DNA of 62,744 bases, the filler included. It is 5 parts of 5 records of this genome, joined end to end, with 100 filler letters (N's around TTAATTAATTAA, not from the genome) between each part and the next. Parts side by side here need not be neighbours in the genome. Positions count along the whole stretch, not along the records: positions 30,260 to 43,966 come from SRR20825006_1948; 4 more parts are not named here. One strand, 5' to 3'. Within the stretch, counting starts at the first letter, position 1; every line of letters starts with the position of its first letter. The notes under the pieces were generated by a model. It was not told the DNA's origin. It ran no database searches and was given only the letters and a program-made list of their open reading frames with translations. A program made the translations under genes and the position numbers. This document shows, piece after piece, positions 30,376 through 39,061 of the stretch.

Positions 30376-30894
30376 TCAATCGAACGGACTAAAATGCTCT
30401 TCCCGACCCGCTTCTTCGGCTTCGTGGCGGTGGCCATTCATGACTTTTTCCACTTTGGTCGCCTGCAGGTCATCATCCGCATCCACCATCATCAGGTAAT
30501 CGCCCTGCTCCACACGGTCCAGATACGGCGACAAGTGATGATTGGTTGAAGACACGCCTCGCAAGCCGCCCAGCCAGGCGCCAAAACAGGTGCCAAACAG
30601 GGTCATGCCAATGATGGCGCCGCTGTCCAGATTGGTTCCCCAGGGGTCCGCGCCTGCCAGCAAGAAACCGCCAAACAAGCCCGCAGCCATCCCGATAATG
30701 GCACCGAGAAAGCCGGAATGCATGATGTCGGTTTCTTCCCAGGTGGTCGTGCCGTGCACATGAGCCTGGGCGATAGCCATGGTGTCGGTGCCCATGACAT
30801 GGAGACGATTTTCACCGATCCCTGCCTGACGCAGTTCACCGGTAATGCCCTGAACGGACGCGAGGGATTTCGTGAAATAGTAGAGTCGTTTCAT
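30376..30894 (-). CDS. Conserved hypothetical membrane protein with glycine zipper (DUF1269-like)
   Basis: Two Gly-rich TM helices (GAIIGMAAG; FGAWLGG); GGAGAGG RBS. Confidence 0.7.
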   Translation of the reverse strand: MKRLYYFTKSLASVQGITGELRQAGIGENRLHVMGTDTMAIAQAHVHGTTTWEETDIMHSGFLGAIIGMAAGLFGGFLLAGADPWGTNLDSGAIIGMTLFGTCFGAWLGGLRGVSSTNHHLSPYLDRVEQGDYLMMVDADDDLQATKVEKVMNGHRHEAEEAGREEHFSPFD

Positions 30895-31113
30895 TGCTGC
30901 CTCTCCCTGTGGCAAACAAATGGCGAACAATCCACCGCTTTGTGCGCGTCGTGTGAAATACGCAATCTGAATTGTGCGCCAGTCTTCCTGACCGACAGTG
31001 TTTCCGAATGCTGCTCACTGTCGTGATCAGATCCTTTTGCGATAACCACACCAACCGGTTGTTCCATCCGGTTATTGGCGCAGCCTTTGCCTTTATCTAC
31101 TCCCGAAACTAAC

Positions 31114-31138
31114 AAAAAGGGGCCATAACGGCCCCTTT
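31114..31138 (-). terminator. Rho-independent terminator of ibpA
   Basis: AAAGGGGCC-ATAAC-GGCCCCTTT with a U-tract on the minus strand. Confidence 0.75.
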
Positions 31139-31175
31139 ACTGTGTCACAAAAACCGCGTCACAAACTGTGAGCGA

Positions 31176-31625
31176 TTAATTACTTTTTGTAGGTGCCGAA
31201 GCGCCGTCAACCGGGATCACACGGGGCTTTTTCTCTTCCGGCACCACGCGGGTCAAGGTCACGGTAAGCAGCCCATCCTCCAGCCCGGCCGCTTCCACTT
31301 CCACGTGGTCGGCCAGCTTGAACGTGCGCTCAAAGGCACGGCGGGCAATGCCGCGGTGCAACCAGGTTCGCTCACTGTCCTGTTCCGTTTTCAGGTTACC
31401 GCGAATGCGCAGTTCATTTTCCTGCACAGTGATATCCAGGTCGCTGCGCGCAAAGCCGGCCATGGCCATGACGATACGATAGCGGCCATCACTTTCGCGG
31501 ATGATGTCGTAAGGGGGGTAGCCATTGGACTGGTCAGCACGCAGCGCCGCGTCCAGCAGCTCATCGAAACGGTCGAAGCCCACAGAATGGCGAAACAACG
31601 GGGCAAGGGAAAATCCGGTATTCAT
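31176..31625 (-). CDS. ibpA: Small heat shock protein (Hsp20)
   Basis: PLFRHSVGFDR, YPPYDI, LHRGIARRAFERTF and PEEKKPRVI motifs. Confidence 0.92.
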   Translation of the reverse strand: MNTGFSLAPLFRHSVGFDRFDELLDAALRADQSNGYPPYDIIRESDGRYRIVMAMAGFARSDLDITVQENELRIRGNLKTEQDSERTWLHRGIARRAFERTFKLADHVEVEAAGLEDGLLTVTLTRVVPEEKKPRVIPVDGASAPTKSN

Positions 31626-31771
31626 CACACTATCCTCATTCCAATCTCACCAGCAGACCCCGCAGGCGTCCGCTGGAAAACGGTTTAAAAATGGTTGATG
31701 TGACACGGAGCCGCCGGCAGTCATCAAGACTGTCTGCATTGCTCCAACCGGCCAGTTGTCACTGGATAAGA

Positions 31772-31799
31772 AAATGGGGGCCTGCAAATCACTTTCAAG
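31772..31799 (-). promoter_or_regulatory. Sigma32 (RpoH) promoter of ibpA
   Basis: Minus strand CTTGAAA-N13-CCCCATTT, a consensus match. Confidence 0.85.
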
Positions 31800-33879
31800 G
31801 GGCAGGAAGAATTTTTACCGTGACGGCCTGGGGAGGCAGCGAGAATCCGTCAGGAGCACCGGCAGCGACAGTGGTTGCGGTCACGGAAATGGCCGTGCCT
31901 TCTCCCTGAAACAGAATCGGTACCCGCACACAGACCCGCTCACCCGCCGTAACCGGCCAGGCAGGGCTTTTGCCGCTCTGCCATTGCTCGCTGTTGCCAG
32001 AACAGTGGCGGTCCATCAGCAAACTGCGTACCGCCGGGTGGGCGCTGGCGAACTGCACCTGCCCACTGAGGCTGGCACGGTATTCAAACCGCAGCACCGC
32101 AGTGCTGCCCGATTCCAGATGCTGATTGTCAGGCCCCCGCCAAAGTGGCTCGGACATCAGCCCCAATGACAACGGCCCGGAATGTTGATCCGGCAACGCA
32201 CGCAACCCCCAACGCAGCGCCCCGCCGACATGCTCGCCCGCCTGATCGTTGAGGCGCGGCAATTGCGGGGCATGCCAATGTTCAGGCAGAGCCAGGGTCA
32301 GGGCCAGTGGTTGTCCCTGGCTGCGAGCTTCAGAAAGCCGGAACTGGAAATGCCCACCTTCCACTGTGCTGATCCTGTCGGGGTCGTTGCCCGCACCGAC
32401 CAGGCTCACAGCCCATCCCGTCAAACGGCGCTCCCCCGGATCCGGCTGGCCGTTAAACGCCAGGGCCGGCTCGCCGGCGCCGTTGTCCTCAAACAACTGC
32501 CCGGTAATCCAGTGGCCCGCCGGTCGACAGCGATAGCCCGCCGCTACTCCCGAAACCGGTAACGGGTGCAGAGCCGACATGATGCCATCCCGGGCGGCCA
32601 GCGGCTGACCTGACCCGCCAGCGCCACCGGCACCACCACCCGCGCCACCGGTTTGTTCAATGCTTGCCGATACCGTCGTTGCAGCAGGCGTATCCAGCCA
32701 GAGGGTCCCGCCAGCACCACCACCGCCGCCAATGGCCTCCTCCCGGCCTGTGCCTGTGATCGTGCGCCCCGGCAAACCACGCAGATCCAGCAGGCCATCG
32801 CCCACCAGCCGCGCCGTCCGAATCACCAGCAGGCCGCCACCCGCTCCCCCGTTTCCTCCCTCGCCGCTGCGCCGGGCGGCCGCCCCACCGCCGCCGCCCA
32901 GTATCCAGCCTGCCGCCACCCTGTGACCGCCCTCTCCGCCACCCGGCTCCGGCGCCCCCTGTTCACCGATGCCACCATTACCGCCACCACCGCCATTACC
33001 CAATTGCCGGTGCGCCAGATCCAGTCCATTGCCCCCGCCACCGGCATTGGCGGGCGCGCCCCTGGCCATATCACCCTGTGGGTAGCCCATTGTCGCAGCG
33101 GGCAATAGCAGTAAAGGGGTACCTGCCAGGCCCTCCCCCTTGCTGCCATGGTGGCCATAGCCCACCGCCTGATCGTCCACGCTGGGCGTGCTGTAGCGCC
33201 AGTCATCCGGCCGCCCCAGCGCCCCCTGCAAGGACACTGCCGGCGCACCGCGGAAACCCGCTCCGCGCACCGACAGGGTGTGGCCGTTAAGGTCCAGTTG
33301 GCGGCGCACATCCATCGCCAGCACCCCGCCGGTGGTGCCATTCCAGGGCAACGCCGCCACATCCTGCTCCAGGCTCAGGCTGTCGAATTGTGGCACCCGC
33401 ACCAGCTGCCAGCGCCGACGGCCCTGTTCCTCGTTAGCCGGGGCATTTTCATAATGATGGAGCAGCCCAGCCCCCGGACCCGCACCCAGAATACGCACCT
33501 GATCGGCATCCACCCGCTCGATGCGTACCCACTCCTGCGCCCAGGCTGCAGGCGTATCACTACGCACCTGACCGTAGACCGGGGAGTTCGATGTGTTGAT
33601 GGGGGCGCCCTGAACCTGCATTAACAGGGCAAGATCGCCGGGCTGTAGCACAGTCCGGCCACGGGAATGGGATAACGTCAGAGAGCGGGTGCCCGGGGGC
33701 AACGCCTGGTTGTCCGGGCCGGAAAAATAACCATTGAGGGTGCTGTCAGACAACATGGCACCGTCACGACCCGGTTCGGCGCACAACGCCGCCACTGCCG
33801 GATGCGGCAGTAGCAGGCAGCCCAGTATCAGCGCGGCGGATCGAGCCAGTCGGCGGTAGTGTTGTTGCAACGGAACCAT
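31795..33879 (-). CDS. Secreted glycine-rich surface protein
   Basis: Signal peptide ending PAVAA; GGG-rich tracts interleaved with beta strands; ITGQLFEDNG..NGQPDPGE segment resembling an SdrD-B domain. Start uncertain. Confidence 0.65.
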   Translation of the reverse strand: MVPLQQHYRRLARSAALILGCLLLPHPAVAALCAEPGRDGAMLSDSTLNGYFSGPDNQALPPGTRSLTLSHSRGRTVLQPGDLALLMQVQGAPINTSNSPVYGQVRSDTPAAWAQEWVRIERVDADQVRILGAGPGAGLLHHYENAPANEEQGRRRWQLVRVPQFDSLSLEQDVAALPWNGTTGGVLAMDVRRQLDLNGHTLSVRGAGFRGAPAVSLQGALGRPDDWRYSTPSVDDQAVGYGHHGSKGEGLAGTPLLLLPAATMGYPQGDMARGAPANAGGGGNGLDLAHRQLGNGGGGGNGGIGEQGAPEPGGGEGGHRVAAGWILGGGGGAAARRSGEGGNGGAGGGLLVIRTARLVGDGLLDLRGLPGRTITGTGREEAIGGGGGAGGTLWLDTPAATTVSASIEQTGGAGGGAGGAGGSGQPLAARDGIMSALHPLPVSGVAAGYRCRPAGHWITGQLFEDNGAGEPALAFNGQPDPGERRLTGWAVSLVGAGNDPDRISTVEGGHFQFRLSEARSQGQPLALTLALPEHWHAPQLPRLNDQAGEHVGGALRWGLRALPDQHSGPLSLGLMSEPLWRGPDNQHLESGSTAVLRFEYRASLSGQVQFASAHPAVRSLLMDRHCSGNSEQWQSGKSPAWPVTAGERVCVRVPILFQGEGTAISVTATTVAAGAPDGFSLPPQAVTVKILPAP

Positions 33880-34493
33880 CCGGCAATACTGTAGCGTTCC
33901 CGGGTAGCTGCCAAGACTTCGTGGGGAATTTTCTCGCTGAGGAACGCCACCAGCGTCCCTGCACGAGGCTCTACCTCTGTGGCCACACAGGTCGCATCCG
34001 CCTCCGGCCAGATACGAAGGCGCCCACCCCATTCGCTTTGCCAGTTATCGTTGAGATAGAGCACCACAGACAGCAAACGGCCATTATTGCCGTTAAAGGC
34101 ATCCACGTGGCGTTGGTAGAAATCCCCCGGCCCGTAAATGGCAAAGTGGGACTCCAGCTCGAACAGGCCCATGAACAGCTCGCGATTGACCGCCAGCCGA
34201 AGGCTTTCCAGCCCTTCAAACAACTGGCACTGGGCCAGCGAGTCGCCTTTGAGCCAGCAGGTGCGGTCACTGCGAACGCGGGTATCCTTCTGGTGTTCCT
34301 GGCGACGGCCAATGCCGGCAAGGCGAAATTCACCGTGCTGGTCCTTGTAACACGCCTCCTCGCGCAAGGCCCGCACCAGCGCCGCCGGGAAATAGCCGGG
34401 CGCCACCGCGAAACCCTGCCGGGCCAGCCCATCAATCAGGCCACCGAGTGGGCTGCCGCCCACCCCGCCCAACAGATCCGCATTATCATGCAC
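33828..34493 (-). CDS. 2OG-Fe(II) oxygenase, SM-20/EGLN prolyl-hydroxylase-like
   Basis: RSDRTCWL, YQRHVDAF (HxD), PHEV and RYSIAGWF motifs. Confidence 0.88.
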   Translation of the reverse strand: MHDNADLLGGVGGSPLGGLIDGLARQGFAVAPGYFPAALVRALREEACYKDQHGEFRLAGIGRRQEHQKDTRVRSDRTCWLKGDSLAQCQLFEGLESLRLAVNRELFMGLFELESHFAIYGPGDFYQRHVDAFNGNNGRLLSVVLYLNDNWQSEWGGRLRIWPEADATCVATEVEPRAGTLVAFLSEKIPHEVLAATRERYSIAGWFRCNNTTADWLDPPR

Positions 34494-34512
34494 AGGCTGC
34501 GCCCTCTCGTTG

Positions 34513-34980
34513 TTAGTGCAACGCCCCACCGGCGTCAGGATCAAAGTCGTCTGGCCATAGCAGCCAGCCTTCCTCCTGGCATTCATCCAGCAATTGCGAG
34601 GTGGCATCCACCGTCGCCTGCACAAAATAGATGAACTGCTCGAAGGTCACCCCATTACGCCCCAGTAGCAGATCGCACACGACCAGACGAGGCAGGGAAT
34701 CATCGTTCACGTCCAGAAACAGCTTCACCGACGGATACGCCATGTTCAGCCGGCTCAATTCCGCCTGTACTGCAAACAAAGCGGCCGGGCGCACCTCCAG
34801 TTCACTGGTCAGCAAGATACCATCGTCTTCCACGAATAGCCGCGCATCCACCACCCCTTCACGGCCCTGCAACTCAGACAGGTGCAACGCATGGCAGTGC
34901 TCACAGATATAGTGCTGGATATTGGCCTGCTGCAACCAGCGTTTTACCTGGTCCGCATCCGCGTTCACGACGCCTAACAT
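34513..34980 (-). CDS. YbjN domain protein
   Basis: CEHCHALHL and KLFLDVNDDSLPRLVVC, similar to enterobacterial YbjN. Confidence 0.75.
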   Translation of the reverse strand: MLGVVNADADQVKRWLQQANIQHYICEHCHALHLSELQGREGVVDARLFVEDDGILLTSELEVRPAALFAVQAELSRLNMAYPSVKLFLDVNDDSLPRLVVCDLLLGRNGVTFEQFIYFVQATVDATSQLLDECQEEGWLLWPDDFDPDAGGALH

Positions 34981-35151
34981 GACATTCTCCTAAGGCCCGC
35001 CATCACGCGGGTTTCTTGCCGGTCGCGAATCATCTGCCATTCGCCGGGAAAAAGAAATAGCCACCCGGCCACCACTTTGGGTCATTCATCCCTGAATACC
35101 CGCTGGGTAAGATGGCACCTTTGAGCCTGATTGCCTGAAAGGAATAAAAGA

Positions 35152-35841
35152 ATGACAACTCCCCATGTGGCCTTCCGCTCCAGTGACAGCCTTCATCAGC
35201 GTACCGACGCTTTTATCCAGCGCATGAACAGTGGCGCCAAACGCTCGGAACCCAAGGAAATTGAGGCCATCATGGCCCAGTTTATCGAGGAAGCCCTGGC
35301 CGCCTTCATCACCCGCGCGGCACAGGCTGCGGATCTGAGCCCCGGCATGTTCAAAGTGGTCAACATGACCTGTAGTACCATCAGCAAAACCACTCACCTG
35401 GTGATCGGCCGCAGCGCAAAAAAAATGGACCTGGCGCAGAACCAGGCCGCCGCAGACTATATGGATCAGGTGCGTCACCCTGCCACCGATGGCGACCACT
35501 GGTATGTGGCCTTCCCCGTTAGCGAGGCGCACTGCGCCCAGTGCAGGGAGGTCATCCGCTTGTGCCAGCAGGGAGAAGAAGACAAGGCCCGCCGCGAACT
35601 GGCGGCCTACCTGCTCACGCTCACCGATGAAGCGATCGACTGGTACTTCCAGCGCCCCATGGCCCTGCTTGGCTTCGGCCCGGTGCTACGCAAAGTCGCC
35701 AACGTGGGCGTGGAAACCACCCGCAAGGCCAGCCGGAGTCTGATCAGCAACCTGATCCCCAAGCTGGGGCCGGAGCAGCTGCTCGCTTCGGCGCAGTATC
35801 AGGAAAGCATGCTGCTCTCCTTTCCCCCTCGCACCCGCTAA
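35152..35841 (+). CDS. Hypothetical helical protein with internal two-fold repeat
   Basis: Good codon usage, own terminator, two homologous halves. Confidence 0.7.
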   Translation: MTTPHVAFRSSDSLHQRTDAFIQRMNSGAKRSEPKEIEAIMAQFIEEALAAFITRAAQAADLSPGMFKVVNMTCSTISKTTHLVIGRSAKKMDLAQNQAAADYMDQVRHPATDGDHWYVAFPVSEAHCAQCREVIRLCQQGEEDKARRELAAYLLTLTDEAIDWYFQRPMALLGFGPVLRKVANVGVETTRKASRSLISNLIPKLGPEQLLASAQYQESMLLSFPPRTR

Positions 35842-35853
35842 GACAACCCCGCT

Positions 35854-35893
35854 GACGTTGCACTGACATGGAAGTGCAACGTCGTTTTCTTTT
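35854..35893 (+). terminator. Rho-independent terminator
   Basis: Perfect 11-bp stem GACGTTGCACT/AGTGCAACGTC followed by GTTTTCTTT. Confidence 0.75.
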
Positions 35894-36072
35894 ATCCGCT
35901 ACACGGCCTACACAGTGCATCTCTTTTGATAACAAATACTTACACTTACCGGGTCTTGTAGGCTAACTTCACCAAGTTTTTACAAAACTACTTATTCAAC
36001 GGATTGCGCAGCAACTACACAGCTCTCTACTATCAAATTGGTATTACATCACAAAAAAACGAGGAGTGAGCC

Positions 36073-36633
36073 GTGTCTTTGCGCCATGCCATACTTGTCC
36101 TGCTACAAGACCAGGAAGCCAGCGGTTACGACCTCGCTCGCGAATTTGCCAACAGTATTGGGCTGGTATGGAACGCCACCCACCAACAGATTTATCTGGA
36201 GCTGGGGAAGCTGAACGACCAGAGCATGGTGAAATATCGCCATATCCCCCAGGACGGCAAACCGGACAAGAAACTGTACCGGATCACGGATGAAGGACGC
36301 GACGAGTTAATTCGCTGGCTTCGCAAGCCAGCCGCACCACCGCGCATCCGCGATGCGTTCATGGTCAAGATTGCCGGCGGCGATCTGTCCGACAGCGCGT
36401 CCATACTGCGGGAACTGGACGACCAGGCCGACCTGCGCCGTGAACGGCTGAACACCTTCGAGTCACTGGCCAGCAAACTGGATGACACCAGCCGCGACCG
36501 TGACCTGTTTACCTACCTAACCCTGCGCCGGGGCATTCTTGATCAGCAGGCCTGGCTGCACTGGGCCGACGAGGTTCGCAGTGCCCTGAAAAAACGTGAA
36601 GAACGCCCCGTATCGGTGCCTACATCGGTGTAA
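36073..36633 (+). CDS. PadR family regulator (AphA-like, with C-terminal dimerisation domain)
   Basis: SLRHAIL, SGYDL, WNATHQQIY and PDKKLYRITDEG motifs. Confidence 0.92.
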   Translation: MSLRHAILVLLQDQEASGYDLAREFANSIGLVWNATHQQIYLELGKLNDQSMVKYRHIPQDGKPDKKLYRITDEGRDELIRWLRKPAAPPRIRDAFMVKIAGGDLSDSASILRELDDQADLRRERLNTFESLASKLDDTSRDRDLFTYLTLRRGILDQQAWLHWADEVRSALKKREERPVSVPTSV

Positions 36634-37445
36634 TGACCCTCAACGCAACAGACACCCTGCTCCGCCAGCTAGACTGGCTGGTTCAGGCTCCCGCCCTGTT
36701 GCCCTGCGCCCCCTTCCAGGATGCCGGACACCTGCTGCAGCGAGAGCTGCAAGCAGATCCGGCATTACTTCATCGTGCCGCAGCTCAATTACAGTCCCGT
36801 TCCGCCCCACGGCGCCTGGGGCTGATCTTCGAGCAGTGGGTCGCGGCACTGGTGGATGCCAGCCCGGGACTGGAGCGCATTGCCAGCAACCTGCCCATTC
36901 GCGAGCAAGGACGCACCCTGGGCGAGCTGGACATGCTGGTCCGCGACCGGCTCAGCGGCGAACTGTGGCACTGGGAGCTGGCGCTCAAGTTCTACCTGGC
37001 CACCGCCGAGCAATGGTATGGCCCCAATCGCCACGACACCCTGTCCCGCAAGGCCCATCACCTCTACCAACAACAACTGCCTCGCTCGCAATCCGGCATT
37101 GCCCGCAGCCAGCTGGCCGAACAAGGCTGGGAGGTGCACGGCCAGGCTCTGCTGACCCGCGGCAGGCTCTTCTATCATCGCGCTATTCCACCCGGCGATG
37201 TGAAACCAGGCCCCGGCCACGAACGAGGCTGGTGGCGCACCACCGACGAGCTGGAAGACGGCCCCTGGTCAATCATTGAGCGACCGTTCTGGCCCACGCC
37301 ATTTATGTCAGACAAAGGTACCAATTTCGTTGATCGCGCCACCGTGATTGACTATGTTGAAAGCCATTCACGCGCGCTCATGGTCACGGGCCCTCACCAT
37401 GACCAACCGGGCTTCATTGTTCCTGTCAGTTGGCCAACCCCATGA
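36633..37445 (+). CDS. DUF1853 family protein
   Basis: RRLGLIFE, TLGELDML, HWELALKFYL and WYGPN motifs. Confidence 0.8.
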   Translation: MTLNATDTLLRQLDWLVQAPALLPCAPFQDAGHLLQRELQADPALLHRAAAQLQSRSAPRRLGLIFEQWVAALVDASPGLERIASNLPIREQGRTLGELDMLVRDRLSGELWHWELALKFYLATAEQWYGPNRHDTLSRKAHHLYQQQLPRSQSGIARSQLAEQGWEVHGQALLTRGRLFYHRAIPPGDVKPGPGHERGWWRTTDELEDGPWSIIERPFWPTPFMSDKGTNFVDRATVIDYVESHSRALMVTGPHHDQPGFIVPVSWPTP

Positions 37446-38479
37446 CATTTCAACAACAACCGCCGGCACTGGTGGACAACCAGGGTCGAGTTGCTTTCGG
37501 TGTATTCCCGAAAACCGTGGCAAGCATTAACGGCCGTGCGGCGGATTACCGCACCCCGATGGGCAAACCAGCCTCTTCCTTTGCCCGGCATTTTCATTAC
37601 AAACAGTTCCAGTATTTCGGCATCATCAGTGATGAGCTGCTGGCCGGCTGCGCCTTTGCCCATACCGGCTACCTAGGCATGGCTTTTTTCTACCTGTTTG
37701 AACCGCAAACTGGCGCCCTGCACGAATACACCTGGCGGTCCCCCCTGGGCAGGGACCTGCGCATGTCCTCATCACCGCAACAGGGCGAAAGCGTATTCCG
37801 GCAAAAAAACGTGGATATCCGACTGGGCTACCAGCAAGACGCCCAGGGAGCATTGAGTAAAAGCCTGTCAATCAAGCTGGATGACCTGGCACTGGAAGCC
37901 CATATGGACGAGGGCCCCACATACCAGCCCATGTCCCTGTGCACCCGTACCGGCATTAACGGCTGGGTCTATGCCAACAAGGTCGCGGGTAAAGCCGTCA
38001 CCGGCTCATTACAACGTCAGGGCAAACACACGGACCTGAGCGCCATCGACGCCAACGGCCACCATGATTTTTCCGCCGGTTATATGCGCCGTGAAACATT
38101 CTGGAACTGGGCCTGCCTGTCTACCCGGGTTGGTGATACTCGGGTCGGGCTCAACCTGTCCTGTGGTGTCAATGAGACAACCTTTTCAGAGAACTGCCTG
38201 TGGATCGATGATGCCATGGTCCCCACCGGCGGAGTGATATTTGATTACAACCGTGACGAGCTGATGCAACCCTGGACAATCCGCAGCCTGTGCGGCCGGG
38301 TACACCTTCAGTTCACCCCCAATGGAAACCACAAAGAGCGCCTCAACCTGGGCCTGTTTGCCAGCAATTTCAACCAGCTGTTTGGTCACTTCGATGGCGA
38401 GCTTCGCCTGGATGACGGGCGCCGCCTGCCAATCGAACGCCACTACGGTTTTGTCGAGGAGCAGTACGCAAAATGGTAG
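37442..38479 (+). CDS. DUF2804 family protein
   Basis: KQFQYF, GYMRRETFWNWA and ENCLWID motifs; ATGA overlap with the upstream gene. Confidence 0.75.
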   Translation: MTFQQQPPALVDNQGRVAFGVFPKTVASINGRAADYRTPMGKPASSFARHFHYKQFQYFGIISDELLAGCAFAHTGYLGMAFFYLFEPQTGALHEYTWRSPLGRDLRMSSSPQQGESVFRQKNVDIRLGYQQDAQGALSKSLSIKLDDLALEAHMDEGPTYQPMSLCTRTGINGWVYANKVAGKAVTGSLQRQGKHTDLSAIDANGHHDFSAGYMRRETFWNWACLSTRVGDTRVGLNLSCGVNETTFSENCLWIDDAMVPTGGVIFDYNRDELMQPWTIRSLCGRVHLQFTPNGNHKERLNLGLFASNFNQLFGHFDGELRLDDGRRLPIERHYGFVEEQYAKW

Positions 38480-39003
38480 ATCAACAACGCGATGCCAGCG
38501 AGGAGACTCTCCAGCCGCCCGCACCGGAAAAATTCAACGAAAAAATCCGCCGAGGTTACTTCTGGGTGGTTCAATACTGGCGCGAACTGTTCAACTTCAA
38601 GTTCGACAAATACATGATTATTCAGGTCATGCCGGGGGTCTACGGCATTGCCCTGACCGCCATCGCCATGGGCCTGCTGTACCTTTGCGTAGAAGCCTTT
38701 ATGGCATCCACCTGGCGCGGCATTTTTTACTTTTTCTTTGCCGCGCCGCTCACGTTTCTGGTGGCGGCATCGGTGTTGCGGGCACTACTGGAATTCTACA
38801 TGGTGGTGTTCAAGATTTCCGAGCATGTGGACGAGCTGGTGGGCTTGCGTGACACGGTGGATCGCCTGTCCGGCATCAGCGACAGTGTCGATGAAATGGT
38901 TGCCGTCACACGCCGCATTCCTTTCTGGCGCGCCCTCTCCGGAAGCCGCCCGCGCCCAGAGAAAAAAGCGCCTGCAGCCAGCCATAAAGACGAAAAGAAA
39001 TAA
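38473..39003 (+). CDS. DUF4282-like small membrane protein
   Basis: FKFDKY, two TM helices, RALLEFYMVVFKI. Confidence 0.65.
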   Translation: MVDQQRDASEETLQPPAPEKFNEKIRRGYFWVVQYWRELFNFKFDKYMIIQVMPGVYGIALTAIAMGLLYLCVEAFMASTWRGIFYFFFAAPLTFLVAASVLRALLEFYMVVFKISEHVDELVGLRDTVDRLSGISDSVDEMVAVTRRIPFWRALSGSRPRPEKKAPAASHKDEKK

Positions 39004-39061
39004 CGCCCTTGCAACGGCGGGGCGGCACCGCTGCCCCACCGTTATTGGCTAATGACCAACG

